Origin: Eledone cirrhosa
Lineage: Eukaryota
Direction of reading: 5' to 3'
Assembly (NCBI GenBank): GCA_964016885.1
Contig: OZ024751.1
Span: 49,786,001 to 49,850,000, forward strand
Length of the DNA: 64,000 nucleotides
The position numbers and the translations under genes are program-made. The notes beneath the pieces were generated by a model that did not search any database, was not told where the DNA came from, and saw only the letters and a program-made list of their open reading frames with translations. Positions 1 to 17,477 of this stretch are shown in pieces. Position 1 is the stretch's first letter. Every line of letters starts with the position of its first letter.

Positions 1-3000
1 TACTAACACATCACCACACCAGTACACAACCGTACTAGAACACTAACATACTAACACACCACCACACCAGTACACAACCGTACTAGAACACTAACATACT
101 AACACACCACCACACCAGTACACAACCGTACTAGAACACTAACATACTAACACACCACCACACCAGTACACAACCGTACTAGAACACTAACATACTAACA
201 CATCACCACACCAGTACACAACCGTACTAGAACACTAACATACTAACACATCACCACACCAGTACACAACCGTACTAGAACACTAACATACTAACACACC
301 ACCACACCAGAACACAACCGTACTAGAACACTAACATACTAACACATCACCACACCAGTACACAACCGTACTAGAACACTAACATACTAACACACCACCA
401 CACCAGTACACAACCGTACTAGAACAATAACATACTAACACATCACCACACCAGTACACAACCGTACTAGCACACCAACGTACTAACACACCACCACACC
501 AGCACACAACCGTACTAGAACACTAACATACTAACACACCACCACACCAGTACACAACCGTACTAGAACACTAACATACTAACACATCACCACACCAGTA
601 CACAACCGTACTAGCACACCAACATACTAACACACCACCACACCAGTACACAACCGTACTAGATCACTAACATACTAACACATCACCACACCAGTACACA
701 ACCGTACTAGAACACTAACATACTAACACATCACCACACCAGTACACAACCGTACTAGAACACCAACATACTAACACACCACCACACCAGTACACAACCG
801 TACTAGAACACTAACATACTAACACATCACCACACCAGTACACAACCGTACTAGCACACTAACATACTAACAGACCACCACACCAGTACACAACCGTACT
901 AGAACACTAACATACTAACACACCACCACACCAGTACACAACCGTACTAGAACACTAACATACTAACACATCACCACACCAGTACACAACCGTACTAGAA
1001 CACTAACATACTAACACATCACCACACCAGTACACAACCGTACAAGAACACTAACATACTAACACATCACCACACCAGTACACAACCGTACTAGAACACT
1101 AACATACTAACACACCACCACACCAGTACACAACCGTACTAGAACACTAACATACTAACACATCACCACACCAGTACACAACCGTACTAGCACACTAACA
1201 TAGTAACACACCACCACACCTGTACACAACCGTACTAGCACACTAACATACTAACACACCACCACACCAGTACACAACCGGACTAGCACACCAACATACT
1301 AACACACCACCACACCAGTACAGAACCGTACTAGCACACCAACATACTAACACACCACCACACCAGTACACAACCGTACTAGCACACCAACGTACTAACA
1401 CACCACCACACCAGTACACAACCGTACTAGCACACCAACATACTAACACACCACCACACCAGTACACAACCGTACTAGCACACCAACATACTAACACACC
1501 ACCACACCAGTACACAACCGTACTAGCACACGAACATACTAACACACCACCACACCAGTACACAACCGTACTAGCACACCAACGTACTAACACACCACCA
1601 CACCAGTACACAACCGTACTAGCACACTAACATACTAACACACCACCACACCAGTACACAACCGTACTAGCACACCAACATACTAACACACCACCACACC
1701 AGTACACAACCGTACTAGCACACCAACGTACTAACACACACCCGCACCAGTACACAACCGTACTAGCACACGAACATACTAACACACCACCACACCAGTA
1801 CATAACCGTACTAGCACACCAACGTACTAACACACCACCACACCAGTACATAACCGTACTAGCACACCAACATACTAACACACCACCACACCAGTACACA
1901 ACCGTACTAGCACACCAACATACTAACACACCACCACACCAGTACACAACCGTACTAGCACACCAACATACTAACACACCACCACACCAGTACACAACCG
2001 TACTAGCACACCAACATACTAACACACCACCACACCAGTACACAACCGTACTAGCACACGAACATACTAACACACCACCACACCAGTACACAACCGTACT
2101 AGCACACCAACGTACTAACACACCACCACACCAGTACATAACCGTACTAGCACACCAACATACTAACACACCACCACACCAGTACACAACCGTACTAGCA
2201 CACCAACATACTAACACACCACCACACCAGTACACAACCGTACTAGCACACCAACATACTAACACACCACCACACCAGTACACAACCGTACTAGCACACT
2301 AACATACTAACACACCACCACACCAGTACACAACCGTACTAGTACACTAACATACTAACACACCACCACACCAGTACACAACCGTACTAGCACACTAACA
2401 TACTAACACACCACCACACCAGTACACAACTGTACTAGCACACTAACATACTAACACACCACCACACCAGTACACAACCGTACTAGCACACCAACATACT
2501 AACACACCATCACACCAGTACACAACCGTACTAGCACACTAACATACTAACACACCACCACACCAGTACACAACCGTACTAGCACACTAACATACTAACA
2601 CACCACCACACCAGTACACAACCGTACTAGCACACCAACATACTAACACATCACCACACCAGTACACAACCGTACTAGCACACTAACATACTAACACACC
2701 ACCACACCAGTACACAACCGTACTAGAACACTAACATACTAACACACCACCACACCAGTACACAACCGTACTAGCACACTAACATACTAACACACCACCA
2801 CACCAGTACACAACCGTACTAGAACACTAACATACTAACACATCACCACACCAGTACACAACCGTACTAGAACACTAACATACTAACACATCACCACACC
2901 AGTACACAACCGTACTAGCACACTAACATAATAACACACCACCACACCAGTACACAACCGTACTAGCACACTAACTTACTAACACACCACCACACCAGTA

Positions 3001-6000
3001 CACAGCCGTACTAGCACACTAACATACTAACACATCACCACACCAGTACACAACCGTACTAGTACACCAACATACTAACACACCACCACACCAGTACACA
3101 ACCTTACTAGCACACTACCATGTTAACACACCACCACACCAGTACACAACCGTACTAGTACACTAACATACTAACACACCACCACACCTGTACACAACCG
3201 TACTAGCACACTAACATACTAACACACCACCACACCAGTACACAACCGTACTAGCACACCAACATACTAACACACCACCACACCAGTACACAACCGTACT
3301 AGCACACCAACATACTAACACACCACCACACCAGTACACAACCGTACTAGCACACCAACATACTAACACACCACCACACCAGTACACAACCGTACTAGCA
3401 CACGAACATACTAACACACCACCACACCAGTACATAACCGTACTAGCACACCAACATACAAACACACCACCACACCAGTACACATCCGTACTAGCACACC
3501 AACATACTAACACACCACCACACCAGTACACAACCGTACTAGCACACTAACATACTAACACACCACCACACCAGTACACAACCGTACTAGCACACCAACA
3601 TACTAACACACCACCACACCAGTACACAACCGTACTAGCACACTAACATACTAACACACCACCACACCAGTACACAACCGTACTAGCACACCAACATACT
3701 AACACACCACCACACCAGTACACAACCGTACTAGAATACTAACATACTAACACACCACCACACCAGTACACAACCGTACTAGAACACTAACATACTAACA
3801 CACCACCACACCAGTACACAACCGTACTAGCACACCAACATACTAACACACCACCACACCAGTACACAACCGTACTAGCACACCAACATACTAACACACC
3901 ACCACACCAGTACACAACCGTACTAGCACACTAACATACTAACACACCACCACACCAGTACACAACCGTACTAGCACACCAACATACTAACACATCACCA
4001 CACCAGTACACAACCGTACTAGCACACCAACATACTAACACACCACCACACCAGTACACAACCGTACTAGCACACTAACATACTAACACACCACCACACC
4101 AGTACACAACCGTACTAGAACACTAACATTCTAACACACCACCACACCAGTACACTAACATACTAACACACCACCACACCAGTACACAACCGTACTAGCA
4201 CACTAACATACTAACACACCACCACACCAGTACACAACCGTACTAGAACACTAACATACTAACACACCACCACACCAGTACACAACCGTACTAGCACACT
4301 AACATACTAACACACCACCACACCAGTACACAACCGTACTAGAACACTAACATACTAACACATCACCACACCAGTACACAACCGTACTAGAACACTAACA
4401 TACTAACACATCACCACACCAGTACACAACCTTACTAGCACACTACCATGTTAACACACCACCACACCAGTACACAACCGTACTAGTACACTAACATACT
4501 AACACACCACCACACCTGTACACAACCGTACTAGCACACTAACATACTAACACACCACCACACCAGTACACAACCGTACTAGCACACCAACATACTAACA
4601 CACCACCACACCAGTACACAACCGTACTAGCACACCAACATACTAACACACCACCACACCAGTACACAACCGTACTAGCACACCAACATACTAACACACC
4701 ACCACACCAGTACACAACCGTACTAGCACACGAACATACTAACACACCACCACACCAGTACATAACCGTACTAGCACACCAACATACAAACACACCACCA
4801 CACCAGTACACATCCGTACTAGCACACCAACATACTAACACACCACCACACCAGTACACAACCGTACTAGCACACTAACATACTAACACACCACCACACC
4901 AGTACACAACCGTACTAGCACACCAACATACTAATACACCACCACACCAGTACACAACCGTACTAGCACACTAACATACTAACACACCACCACACCAGTA
5001 CACAACCGTACTAGCACACCAACATACTAACACACCACCACACCAGTACACAACCGTACTAGAATACTAACATACTAACACACCACCACACCAGTACACA
5101 ACCGTACTAGAACACTAACATACTAACACACCACCACACCAGTACACAACCGTACTAGCACACCAACATACTAACACACCACCACACCAGTACACAACCG
5201 TACTAGCACACCAACATACTAACACACCACCACACCAGTACACAACCGTACTAGCACACTAACATACTAACACACCACCACACCAGTACACAACCGTACT
5301 AGCACACCAACATACTAACACATCACCACACCAGTACACAACCGTACTAGCACACCAACATACTAACACACCACCACACCAGTACACAACCGTACTAGCA
5401 CACTAACATACTAACACACCACCACACCAGTACACAACCGTACTAGAACACTAACATTCTAACACACCACCACACCAGTACACTAACATACTAACACACC
5501 ACCACACCAGTACACAACCGTACTAGCACACTAACATACTAACACACCACCACACCAGTACACAACCGTACTAGCACGTACTAGCACACTAACATACTAA
5601 CACACCACCACACCAGTACACAACCGTACTAGCACACCAACATACTAACACACCACCACACCAGTACACAACCTTACTAGCACACCAACATACTAACACA
5701 CCACCACACCTGTACACAACCGTACTAGCACACCAACATGCTAACACACTACCACACCAGTACACAACCGTACTAGCACACTAACATACTAACACACCAC
5801 CACACCAGTACACAACCGTACTAGAACACTAACATACTAACACACCACCACACCAGTACACAACCGTACTAGCACACTAACATACTAACACATCACCACA
5901 CCAGTACACAACCGTACTAGCACACTAACATACTAACACACCACCACACCAGTACACAACCGTACTAGCACACTAACATACTAACACACCACCACACCAG

Positions 6001-9000
6001 TACACAACCTTACTAGCACACTAACATACTAACACACCACCACACCAGTACACAACCGTACTAGCACACTACCATGTTAACACACCACCACACCAATACA
6101 CAACCATACTAGCACACTAACATACTAACACACCACCACACCAGTACACAACCGTACTAGCATACCAACATACTAACACACCACCACACCAGTACACAGC
6201 CGTACTAGCACACTAACATACTAACACACCACCACACCAGTACACAATCTTACTAGCACACTAACATACTAACACATCACCACACCAGTACACAACCGTA
6301 CTAGCACACTAACATACTAACACACCACCACACCAGTACACAACCGTACTAGCACACTAACATACTAACACATCACCACACCAGTACACAACCGTACTAG
6401 CACACTAACATACTAACACATCACCACACCAGTACACAACCGTACTAGTACACTAACATACTAACACACCACCACACCAGTACACAACCGTACTAGCACA
6501 CTAACATACTAACACACCACCACACCAGTACACAACCTTACTAGCACACTAACATACTAACACACCACCACACCAGTACACAACCGTACTAGCACACTAC
6601 CATGTTAACACACCACCACACCAGTACACAACCATACTAGCACACTAACATACTAACACACCACCACACCAGTACACAACCGTACTAGCACACCAACATA
6701 CTAAACCACCACCACACCAGTACACAACCGTACTAGCACACCAACATACTAAACCACCGCCACACCAGTACACAACCGTACTAGCACACCAACATACTAA
6801 CACACCACCACACCAGTACACAACCGTACTAGAACACCAACATACTAACACACCACCACACCAGTACACAACCGTACTAGAACACCAACATACTAACACA
6901 CCACCACACCAGTACACAACCGTACTAGCACACCAACATACTAACACACCACCACACCAGTACACAGCCGTACTAGTACACCAACATACTAACACACCAT
7001 CACACCAGTACACAACCGTACTAGCACACTAACATACTAACACATCACCACACCAGTACACAACCGTACTAGAACACTAACATACTAACACATCACCACA
7101 CCAGTACACAACCGTACTAGCACACCAACATACTAACACATCACCACACCAGTACACAACCGTACTAGCACACCAACATACTAACACACCACCACACCAG
7201 TACACAACCGTACTAGCACACTAACATACTAACACATCACCACACCAGTACACAACCGTACTAGCACACCAACATACTAACACACCACCACACCAGTACA
7301 CAACCGTACTAGCACACTAACATACTAACACACCACCACACCAGTACACAACCGTACTAGCATACCAACATACTAACACACCACCACACCAGTACACAAC
7401 CATACTAGCACACCAACATACTAACACACCACCACACCAGTACACAACCGTACTAGCACACTAACATACTAACACACCACCACACCTGTACACAACCGTA
7501 CTAGCACACCAACATACTAACACACCACCACACCAGTACACAACCGTACTAGCACACTAACATACTAACACACCACCACACCAGTACATAACCGTACTAG
7601 TACACTAACATACTAACACATCACCACACCAGTACACAACCGTACTAGCACACCAACATACTAACACACCACCACACCAGTACACAACCGTACTAGCACA
7701 CCAACATACTAACACACCACCACACCAGTACACAACCGTACTAGCACACTAACATACTAACACACCACCACACCAGTACACAACCGTACTAGCACACCAA
7801 CATACTAACACATCACCACACCAGTACACAACCGTACTAGCACACCAACATACTAACACACCACCACACCAGTACACAACCGTACTAGCACACTAACATA
7901 CTAACACACCACCACACCAGTACACAACCGTACTAGAACACTAACATTCTAACACACCACCACACCAGTACACTAACATACTAACACACCACCACACCAG
8001 TACACAACCGTACTAGCACACTAACATACTAACACACCACCACACCAGTACACAACCGTACTAGAACACTAACATACTAACACACCACCACACCAGTACA
8101 CAACCGTACTAGCACACTAACATACTAACACACCACCACACCAGTACACAACCGTACTAGAACACTAACATACTAACACATCACCACACCAGTACACAAC
8201 CGTACTAGAACACTAACATACTAACACATCACCACACCAGTACACAACCTTACTAGCACACTACCATGTTAACACACCACCACACCAGTACACAACCGTA
8301 CTAGTACACTAACATACTAACACACCACCACACCTGTACACAACCGTACTAGCACACTAACATACTAACACACCACCACACCAGTACACAACCGTACTAG
8401 CACACCAACATACTAACACACCACCACACCAGTACACAACCGTACTAGCACACCAACATACTAACACACCACCACACCAGTACACAACCGTACTAGCACA
8501 CCAACATACTAACACACCACCACACCAGTACACAACCGTACTAGCACACGAACATACTAACACACCACCACACCAGTACATAACCGTACTAGCACACCAA
8601 CATACAAACACACCACCACACCAGTACACATCCGTACTAGCACACCAACATACTAACACACCACCACACCAGTACACAACCGTACTAGCACACTAACATA
8701 CTAACACACCACCACACCAGTACACAACCGTACTAGCACACCAACATACTAATACACCACCACACCAGTACACAACCGTACTAGCACACTAACATACTAA
8801 CACACCACCACACCAGTACACAACCGTACTAGCACACCAACATACTAACACACCACCACACCAGTACACAACCGTACTAGAATACTAACATACTAACACA
8901 CCACCACACCAGTACACAACCGTACTAGAACACTAACATACTAACACACCACCACACCAGTACACAACCGTACTAGCACACCAACATACTAACACACCAC

Positions 9001-12000
9001 CACACCAGTACACAACCGTACTAGCACACCAACATACTAACACACCACCACACCAGTACACAACCGTACTAGCACACTAACATACTAACACACCACCACA
9101 CCAGTACACAACCGTACTAGCACACCAACATACTAACACATCACCACACCAGTACACAACCGTACTAGCACACCAACATACTAACACACCACCACACCAG
9201 TACACAACCGTACTAGCACACTAACATACTAACACACCACCACACCAGTACACAACCGTACTAGAACACTAACATTCTAACACACCACCACACCAGTACA
9301 CTAACATACTAACACACCACCACACCAGTACACAACCGTACTAGCACACTAACATACTAACACACCACCACACCAGTACACAACCGTACTAGCACGTACT
9401 AGCACACTAACATACTAACACACCACCACACCAGTACACAACCGTACTAGCACACCAACATACTAACACACCACCACACCAGTACACAACCTTACTAGCA
9501 CACCAACATACTAACACACCACCACACCTGTACACAACCGTACTAGCACACCAACATGCTAACACACTACCACACCAGTACACAACCGTACTAGCACACT
9601 AACATACTAACACACCACCACACCAGTACACAACCGTACTAGCACACTAACATACTAACACACCACCACACCAGTACACAACCGTACTAGCACACTAACA
9701 TACTAACACATCACCACACCAGTACACAACCGTACTAGCACACTAACATACTAACACACCACCACACCAGTACACAACCGTACTAGCACACTAACATACT
9801 AACACACCACCACACCAGTACACAACCTTACTAGCACACTAACATACTAACACACCACCACACCAGTACACAACCGTACTAGCACACTACCATGTTAACA
9901 CACCACCACACCAATACACAACCATACTAGCACACTAACATACTAACACACCACCACACCAGTACACAACCGTACTAGCATACCAACATACTAACACACC
10001 ACCACACCAGTACACAGCCGTACTAGCACACTAACATACTAACACACCACCACACCAGTACACAATCTTACTAGCACACTAACATACTAACACATCACCA
10101 CACCAGTACACAACCGTACTAGCACACTAACATACTAACACACCACCACACCAGTACACAACCGTACTAGCACACTAACATACTAACACATCACCACACC
10201 AGTACACAACCGTACTAGCACACTAACATACTAACACATCACCACACCAGTACACAACCGTACTAGTACACTAACATACTAACACACCACCACACCAGTA
10301 CACAACCGTACTAGCACACTAACATACTAACACACCACCACACCAGTACACAACCTTACTAGCACACTAACATACTAACACACCACCACACCAGTACACA
10401 ACCGTACTAGCACACTACCATGTTAACACACCACCACACCAGTACACAACCATACTAGCACACTAACATACTAACACACCACCACACCAGTACACAACCG
10501 TACTAGCACACCAACATACTAAACCACCACCACACCAGTACACAACCGTACTAGCACACCAACATACTAAACCACCGCCACACCAGTACACAACCGTACT
10601 AGCACACCAACATACTAACACACCACCACACCAGTACACAACCGTACTAGAACACCAACATACTAACACACCACCACACCAGTACACAACCGTACTAGAA
10701 CACCAACATACTAACACACCACCACACCAGTACACAACCGTACTAGCACACCAACATACTAACACACCACCACACCAGTACACAGCCGTACTAGTACACC
10801 AACATACTAACACACCATCACACCAGTACACAACCGTACTAGCACACTAACATACTAACACATCACCACACCAGTACACAACCGTACTAGAACACTAACA
10901 TACTAACACATCACCACACCAGTACACAACCGTACTAGCACACCAACATACTAACACATCACCACACCAGTACACAACCGTACTAGCACACCAACATACT
11001 AACACACCACCACACCAGTACACAACCGTACTAGCACACTAACATACTAACACATCACCACACCAGTACACAACCGTACTAGCACACCAACATACTAACA
11101 CACCACCACACCAGTACACAACCGTACTAGCACACTAACATACTAACACACCACCACACCAGTACACAACCGTACTAGCATACCAACATACTAACACACC
11201 ACCACACCAGTACACAACCATACTAGCACACCAACATACTAACACACCACCACACCAGTACACAACCGTACTAGCACACTAACATACTAACACACCACCA
11301 CACCTGTACACAACCGTACTAGCACACCAACATACTAACACACCACCACACCAGTACACAACCGTACTAGCACACTAACATACTAACACACCACCACACC
11401 AGTACATAACCGTACTAGTACACTAACATACTAACACATCACCACACCAGTACACAACCGTACTAGCACACCAACATACTAACACACCACCACACCAGTA
11501 CACAACCGTACTAGCACACTGATATACTAACACATCACCACACCAGTACACAACCGTACTAGCCCACCAACATACTAACACATCACCACACCAGTACACA
11601 ACCGTACTAGCACACTAACATACTAACACATCACCACACCAGTACACAACCGTACTAGTACACTAACATACTAACACACCACCACACCAATACACAACCG
11701 TACTAGCACACTAACATACTAACACACCACCACACCAGTACACAACCGTACTAGCACACTAACATACTAACACACCACCACCCCAGTACATAACCGTACT
11801 AGCACACTAACATACTAACACACCACCACACCAGTACACAACCGTACTAGCACACTAACATACTAACACACCACCACACCAGTACACAACCGTACTAGGA
11901 CACTAACATACTAACACACCACCAAACCAGTACACAGCCGTACTAGCACACTAACATACTAACACACCACCACACCAGTACACAACCGTATTAGCACACC

Positions 12001-13915
12001 AACATACTAACACACCACCACACCAGTACACAACCGTACTAGCACACCAACATACTAACACACCACCACACCAGTACACAAGTGTACTAGCACACTAACA
12101 TACTAACACACCACCACACCAGTACACAACCGTACTAGCACACTAACATACTAACAGACCACCACACCAGTACACAACCGTACTAGCACACCAACATACT
12201 AACACACCACCACACCAGTACACAGCCGTACTAGCACACCAACATACTAACACACCACCACACCTGTACACAACCGTACTAGCACACCAACATACTAACA
12301 CACCACCACACCAGTACACAACCGTACTAGCACACCAACATACTAACACACCACCACACCAGTACACAACCGTACTAGCACACCAACATACTAACACACC
12401 ACCACACCAGTACACAACCGTACTAGCACACCAACATACTAACACACCACCACACCAGTACACAACCGTACTAGCACACTGATATACTAACACACCACCA
12501 CACCAGTACACAACCGTACTAGCACACCAACATACTAACACACCACCACACCAGTACACAACCGTACTAGCACACTAACATACTAACACACCACCACACC
12601 AGTACACAACCGTACTAGCACACTAACATACTAACACACCACCACACCAATACACAACCATACTAGCACACTAACATACTAACACACCACCACACCAGTA
12701 CACAACCGTACTAGCACACCAACATACTAACACATCACCACACCAGTACACAACCGTACTAGCACACTAACATACTAACACACCACCACAGCAGTACACA
12801 ACCGTACTAGCACACTAACATACTAACACACCACCACACCAATACACAACCGTACTAGAACACTAACATACTAACACATCACCACACCAGTACACAACCG
12901 TACTAGCACACTACCATGTTAACACACCACCACACCAGTACACAACCGTACTAGCACACCAACATACTAACACACCACCACACCAGTACACAACCGTACT
13001 AGTACACCAACATACTAACACATCACCACACCAGTACACAACCGTACTAGCACACTACCATGTTAACACACCACCACACCAGTACACAACCGTACTAGCA
13101 CACCAACATACTAACACATCACCACACCAGTACACAACCGTACTAGAACACCAACATACTAACACACCACCACACCAGTACACAACCGTACTAGTACACC
13201 AACATACTAACACATCACCACACCAGTACACAACCGTACTAGCACACCAACATACTAACACACCACCACACCAGTACACAACCGTACTAGAACACCAACA
13301 TACTAACACACCACCACACCAGTACACAACCGTACTAGTACACCAACATACTAACACATCACCACACCAGTACACAACCGTACTAGCACACTAACATACT
13401 AACACACCACCACACCAGTACACAACCGTACTAGAACACTAACATACTAACACACCACCACACCAGTACACAACCGTACTAGTACACTAACATACTAACA
13501 CACCACCACACCTGTACACAACCGTACTAGAACACTAACATACTAACACATCACCACACCAGTACACAACCGTACTAGCACACTAACATAGTAACACACC
13601 ACCACACCACCGTACCACCACAGCAATACACAACCGTACTAACACACTACCATACTAACACAATTACACCACCACACCAATATACAACCATACTAGCACA
13701 CTACCACGTTAACACACCACCACACCAGTACACAACCGTACTAATAAACAACCGTACTAACACACTAACATACTATCACACCACCACACCAGTACACAAC
13801 CGTACTAGCACACCAACATACTAACACACCACCACACCAGTACACAACCGTACTAGCACACCAACATACTAACACACCACCACACCAGTACACAAGTGTA
13901 CTAGCACGCTACCAC
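1..13915. repeat. 48-bp tandem satellite (consensus tactaacacaccaccacaccagtacacaaccgtactagcacacyaaca), about 290 copies, runs off the left edge
   Basis: Continuous 48-bp periodicity; unit = six related 8-mers; degenerates from about 13590; strongly C/A-rich + strand. Confidence 0.99.
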
Positions 13916-14241
13916 ATTAACATACGCACTCACTATCACCCCCACCCCCACCACCCCCACGGCAGCGGATCACCGCGCCACCACAACAAACTATTGGAAA
14001 AATAAAAACACACACACAAACACATGCACATACATACACACTCATACACATATACAAATACACACATACAGGCATAAACAAACACATACACCCAAATGGG
14101 TAAACAACTTTTACGATACACGACTCCTTCAGTCCTTTCTCCATTCCTACATCAGCATCTTTTCCGACATAACTATACACAGACAAAAACACTGACACAC
14201 ACACAGACAAACAACGACACACACACAGACACATGGAGAGA

Positions 14242-14313
<72 letters not shown>

Positions 14314-14483
14314 GTGAGTGTATGTAAGAGAGAGAGATAAACAAATATACAGAGATAAACACAAACATACGCACACACACACACATACTAGCAGATTCTG
14401 AAGCAAACTAGACATTTCGTATCAACAGACACACACGCACACACTGGTACAAACACAAACAAGCATACACAATCATACAAACC

Positions 14484-14523
<40 letters not shown>

Positions 14524-14865
14524 CAGATACACAAATACACTGGTACAAACACAAATAGGCATACACACTAATACAAGCCACACACATACACATACACACA
14601 CGCATACACATACAAACACGCACACATACACACACATAAACACGCACACACACATACATGCCTAACACAAATACAGATATACAGGTAAATACATCGACCA
14701 ACACTGTCCTGATATCTTAAAACAGCCAAGCAAACAACCAGCAACGCTAGCAACCAACCAAATAATTATTATTGATGTACATCTTCATATTGGTTCCACA
14801 TCTATGAAGAATATTCTAAAACCACACATACACATACATGCGAACACATACACATGCATCCATCC

Positions 14866-14919
<54 letters not shown>

Positions 14920-14929
14920 ATATATATAT

Positions 14930-15133
14930 AGGAACGAGTAGGACCCCGACGGCTGAGCTCAAGCCGTTTCGACGGCTAATTCTGGACTGAATTAGCTGTC
15001 CAGAATTAGCCGTCGAAACGGCTTGAGCTCAGCCGTCGGGGTCCTACTCGTTCCTATTACCCACTCTACTACCCTAAGTATTGAGTACTTTGGTGCGTTA
15101 TGGTCCACCTGGTTCCTTACCACATTTCCTTCG

Positions 15134-15136
<3 letters not shown>
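14930..15136 (+). mobile_element. Fold-back (palindromic) 3' end of a Penelope-like element carrying the 3' half of a hammerhead, flanked by (TA)n
   Basis: 14930-14987 is the reverse complement of 14998-15056; contains GAAAC-ggct..agcc-GTC; same family at 46400-46579 and 50210-50368. Confidence 0.8.
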
Positions 15137-15201
<65 letters not shown>

Positions 15202-15752
15202 AGTGTAATTTACTACACAAAACGAAGGTTATAGAGAAAATTGAGGTTGGTAATGGCACATGGAATATATAAGAGACAGAGTACTTTTTTGTGAAAAAAC
15301 ATATAATTTTATAAGGTAAGGAAATAATAAAGGGTATAAAAAATGACCGGTTTCGATGGGTCTGCAAAAGCCATCTTTTCAAATGTTGATTAATATTAAG
15401 AAAAATTAATAATAAGAAGAGTTAAAATTTGAGATTTGAAAATTCAAGTATAAAATTCATTGTGGGATTTCATAGTAGTTTTCATCTTGGTAGCAACAAC
15501 AAGTTGACTGCTGTGTCCCTTTCTGGTAGTGAATGAGAAGTTATTTGGGGGTGTGGGTTATTTTATAAAGGTCAAATTTAGCAATGGCCAGATGGCCAGC
15601 TGCTGGTCAGTGAGGGGGTGGAAGCAATATACATACATATATCTTCCTGTGCTCGGTAGGAGAGGGGAGATTGATAGAAAGGGATTTAGTGCACTTACAC
15701 CTATATATACACACATACCTTCATCCACACATACATACATATACATATACAT

Positions 15753-15813
<61 letters not shown>

Positions 15814-15944
15814 CACACATACATACACACACACATATACATATACATACACACATACACACACACATATATGCACATACACACACATATATATACATAT
15901 ATATATACACACACATATATATATACATACACATACATCCAGAT

Positions 15945-15984
<40 letters not shown>

Positions 15985-16213
15985 GGTACATACATATATA
16001 TACACACATATACATCCACATGCACACACATACACACACATATACACATACATACACCCACACACAGAGAAATGGCCTCCAAATATATATATATACATAC
16101 ATACACATATATTGTTTCCATAATATAAGAAGTTAGGGCAGTGAAATTAAAATACAAGTCATTCTGATCACATTGAGTTCTTCATCTATATATATATAGT
16201 TTTAATATAGATG

Positions 16214-16264
16214 AGATTCTACAGGACTAGAACTGTTTCATTCTTTAGAAATCATCAGGAATCT
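16214..16264 (-). ncRNA. Type I hammerhead ribozyme
   Basis: Minus strand: agattc CTGATGA tttctaaagaat GAAA cag-ttctagtc-ctg TA gaatct; 6-bp stem I, GUA cleavage triplet. Confidence 0.8.
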
Positions 16265-16692
16265 GGGTATCAAAAAATAAGTATGGTATTTATACAAGTA
16301 GTAGGAGAGGGTGGGGAGTGGGATGGGTGTAGGTCATTGGTTGATAGAAAAGGGAATTCATTAAAAGCTAATTCTACAAAGCTATAGTTTATTTTTATTT
16401 TTATTTTTATTTATTTTTGTTTTTAGAGTAACAAAGGCAGACAGAATTCTATAAACAGGTTCAGGATGGCATGCCATTCCTTATTATTAAGTTTCTCTTA
16501 AGCTAACAGGTGTCTATAAGATCAGTGGGGGGTCAGTCATGGTAGATAGATTTAAAGGAAAGGGAGATTCTTTAATAGCTAAAATCATTAAGGTTCTACT
16601 AAGTGACAAAGGTTTAGAGAATTCTGTAGACAAATTCAGAATATTGAGTGCATATCTTACAATTATCACTTATATCTTACCTTTGTCACTTA

Positions 16693-16748
<56 letters not shown>

Positions 16749-16754
16749 ACTATC

Positions 16755-17148
16755 AAAAGCGTGAACCTAATAAACCTTTATTTGTCTGCCTCTCTGTTTT
16801 GTTCCCGTATAAATTTGCACTATACTATACACGCTTACACAGCTCCACACCACCTCGGAATACTACCTTCACTACCGCCTCAACCCCGACTTAATCCACC
16901 GTGGCCACCTTCTGAACTTCCCCACACTCCCCCACAACCTTTTCTTTGCTTGTTATTTTTTCCTATTTTTTCCTTTTTTCCAAATGTATTTCCACACACC
17001 CTCTGAACTCTCTTCCTAACCTATTTACTCCTGAAGAAGGGTTTATGCCCGAAACGCCCCCCCCCCCACACACACACACACTCTCAAAACCGTGAACCTA
17101 ATAAACCTGTATTTGTCTGCCTCTCTGTTTTGTTCCCGTCTAAATTTG

Positions 17149-17153
<5 letters not shown>
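16755..17153 (+). mobile_element. Penelope-like pseudo-LTR remnant in direct orientation with truncated hammerhead
   Basis: About 68-bp direct repeats at 16755-16822 and 17086-17153 (related inverted copy 19101-19165); CTGAAGA agggtttatgccc GAAACG at 17031-17056 broken by poly-C/(CA)n; (TA)n on both sides. Confidence 0.6.
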
Positions 17154-17195
<42 letters not shown>

Positions 17196-17263
17196 CATAT
17201 ATATGTGTGTGTGTGTGTGTGTGTATGTGTCTGTGAGTGTGTGTGTGTGTGTGTATGTGTGTG

Positions 17264-17331
<68 letters not shown>

Positions 17332-17477
17332 TGAGTGTGTGTGAGTGTGTGTGCGTGTGTGTGCCTGTGTATATATAATATCTACATATATTGAGACACA
17401 GGGGCGAAGATATCCACCTCTAGACACATGCAAAGACACACATACACGCATATATATATATATATATGTGTGTGTCT

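Noticed and set aside
1243-13375. Cys/Trp-rich ORFs (YWCGGVLVCWCASTVV)n on the minus strand
   Set aside because: Translations of the 48-bp satellite; open or closed status depends on one C/T variant; no splice or start context
1-13915. CRISPR-like or telomeric array
   Set aside because: No unique spacers and no TTAGGG-type unit
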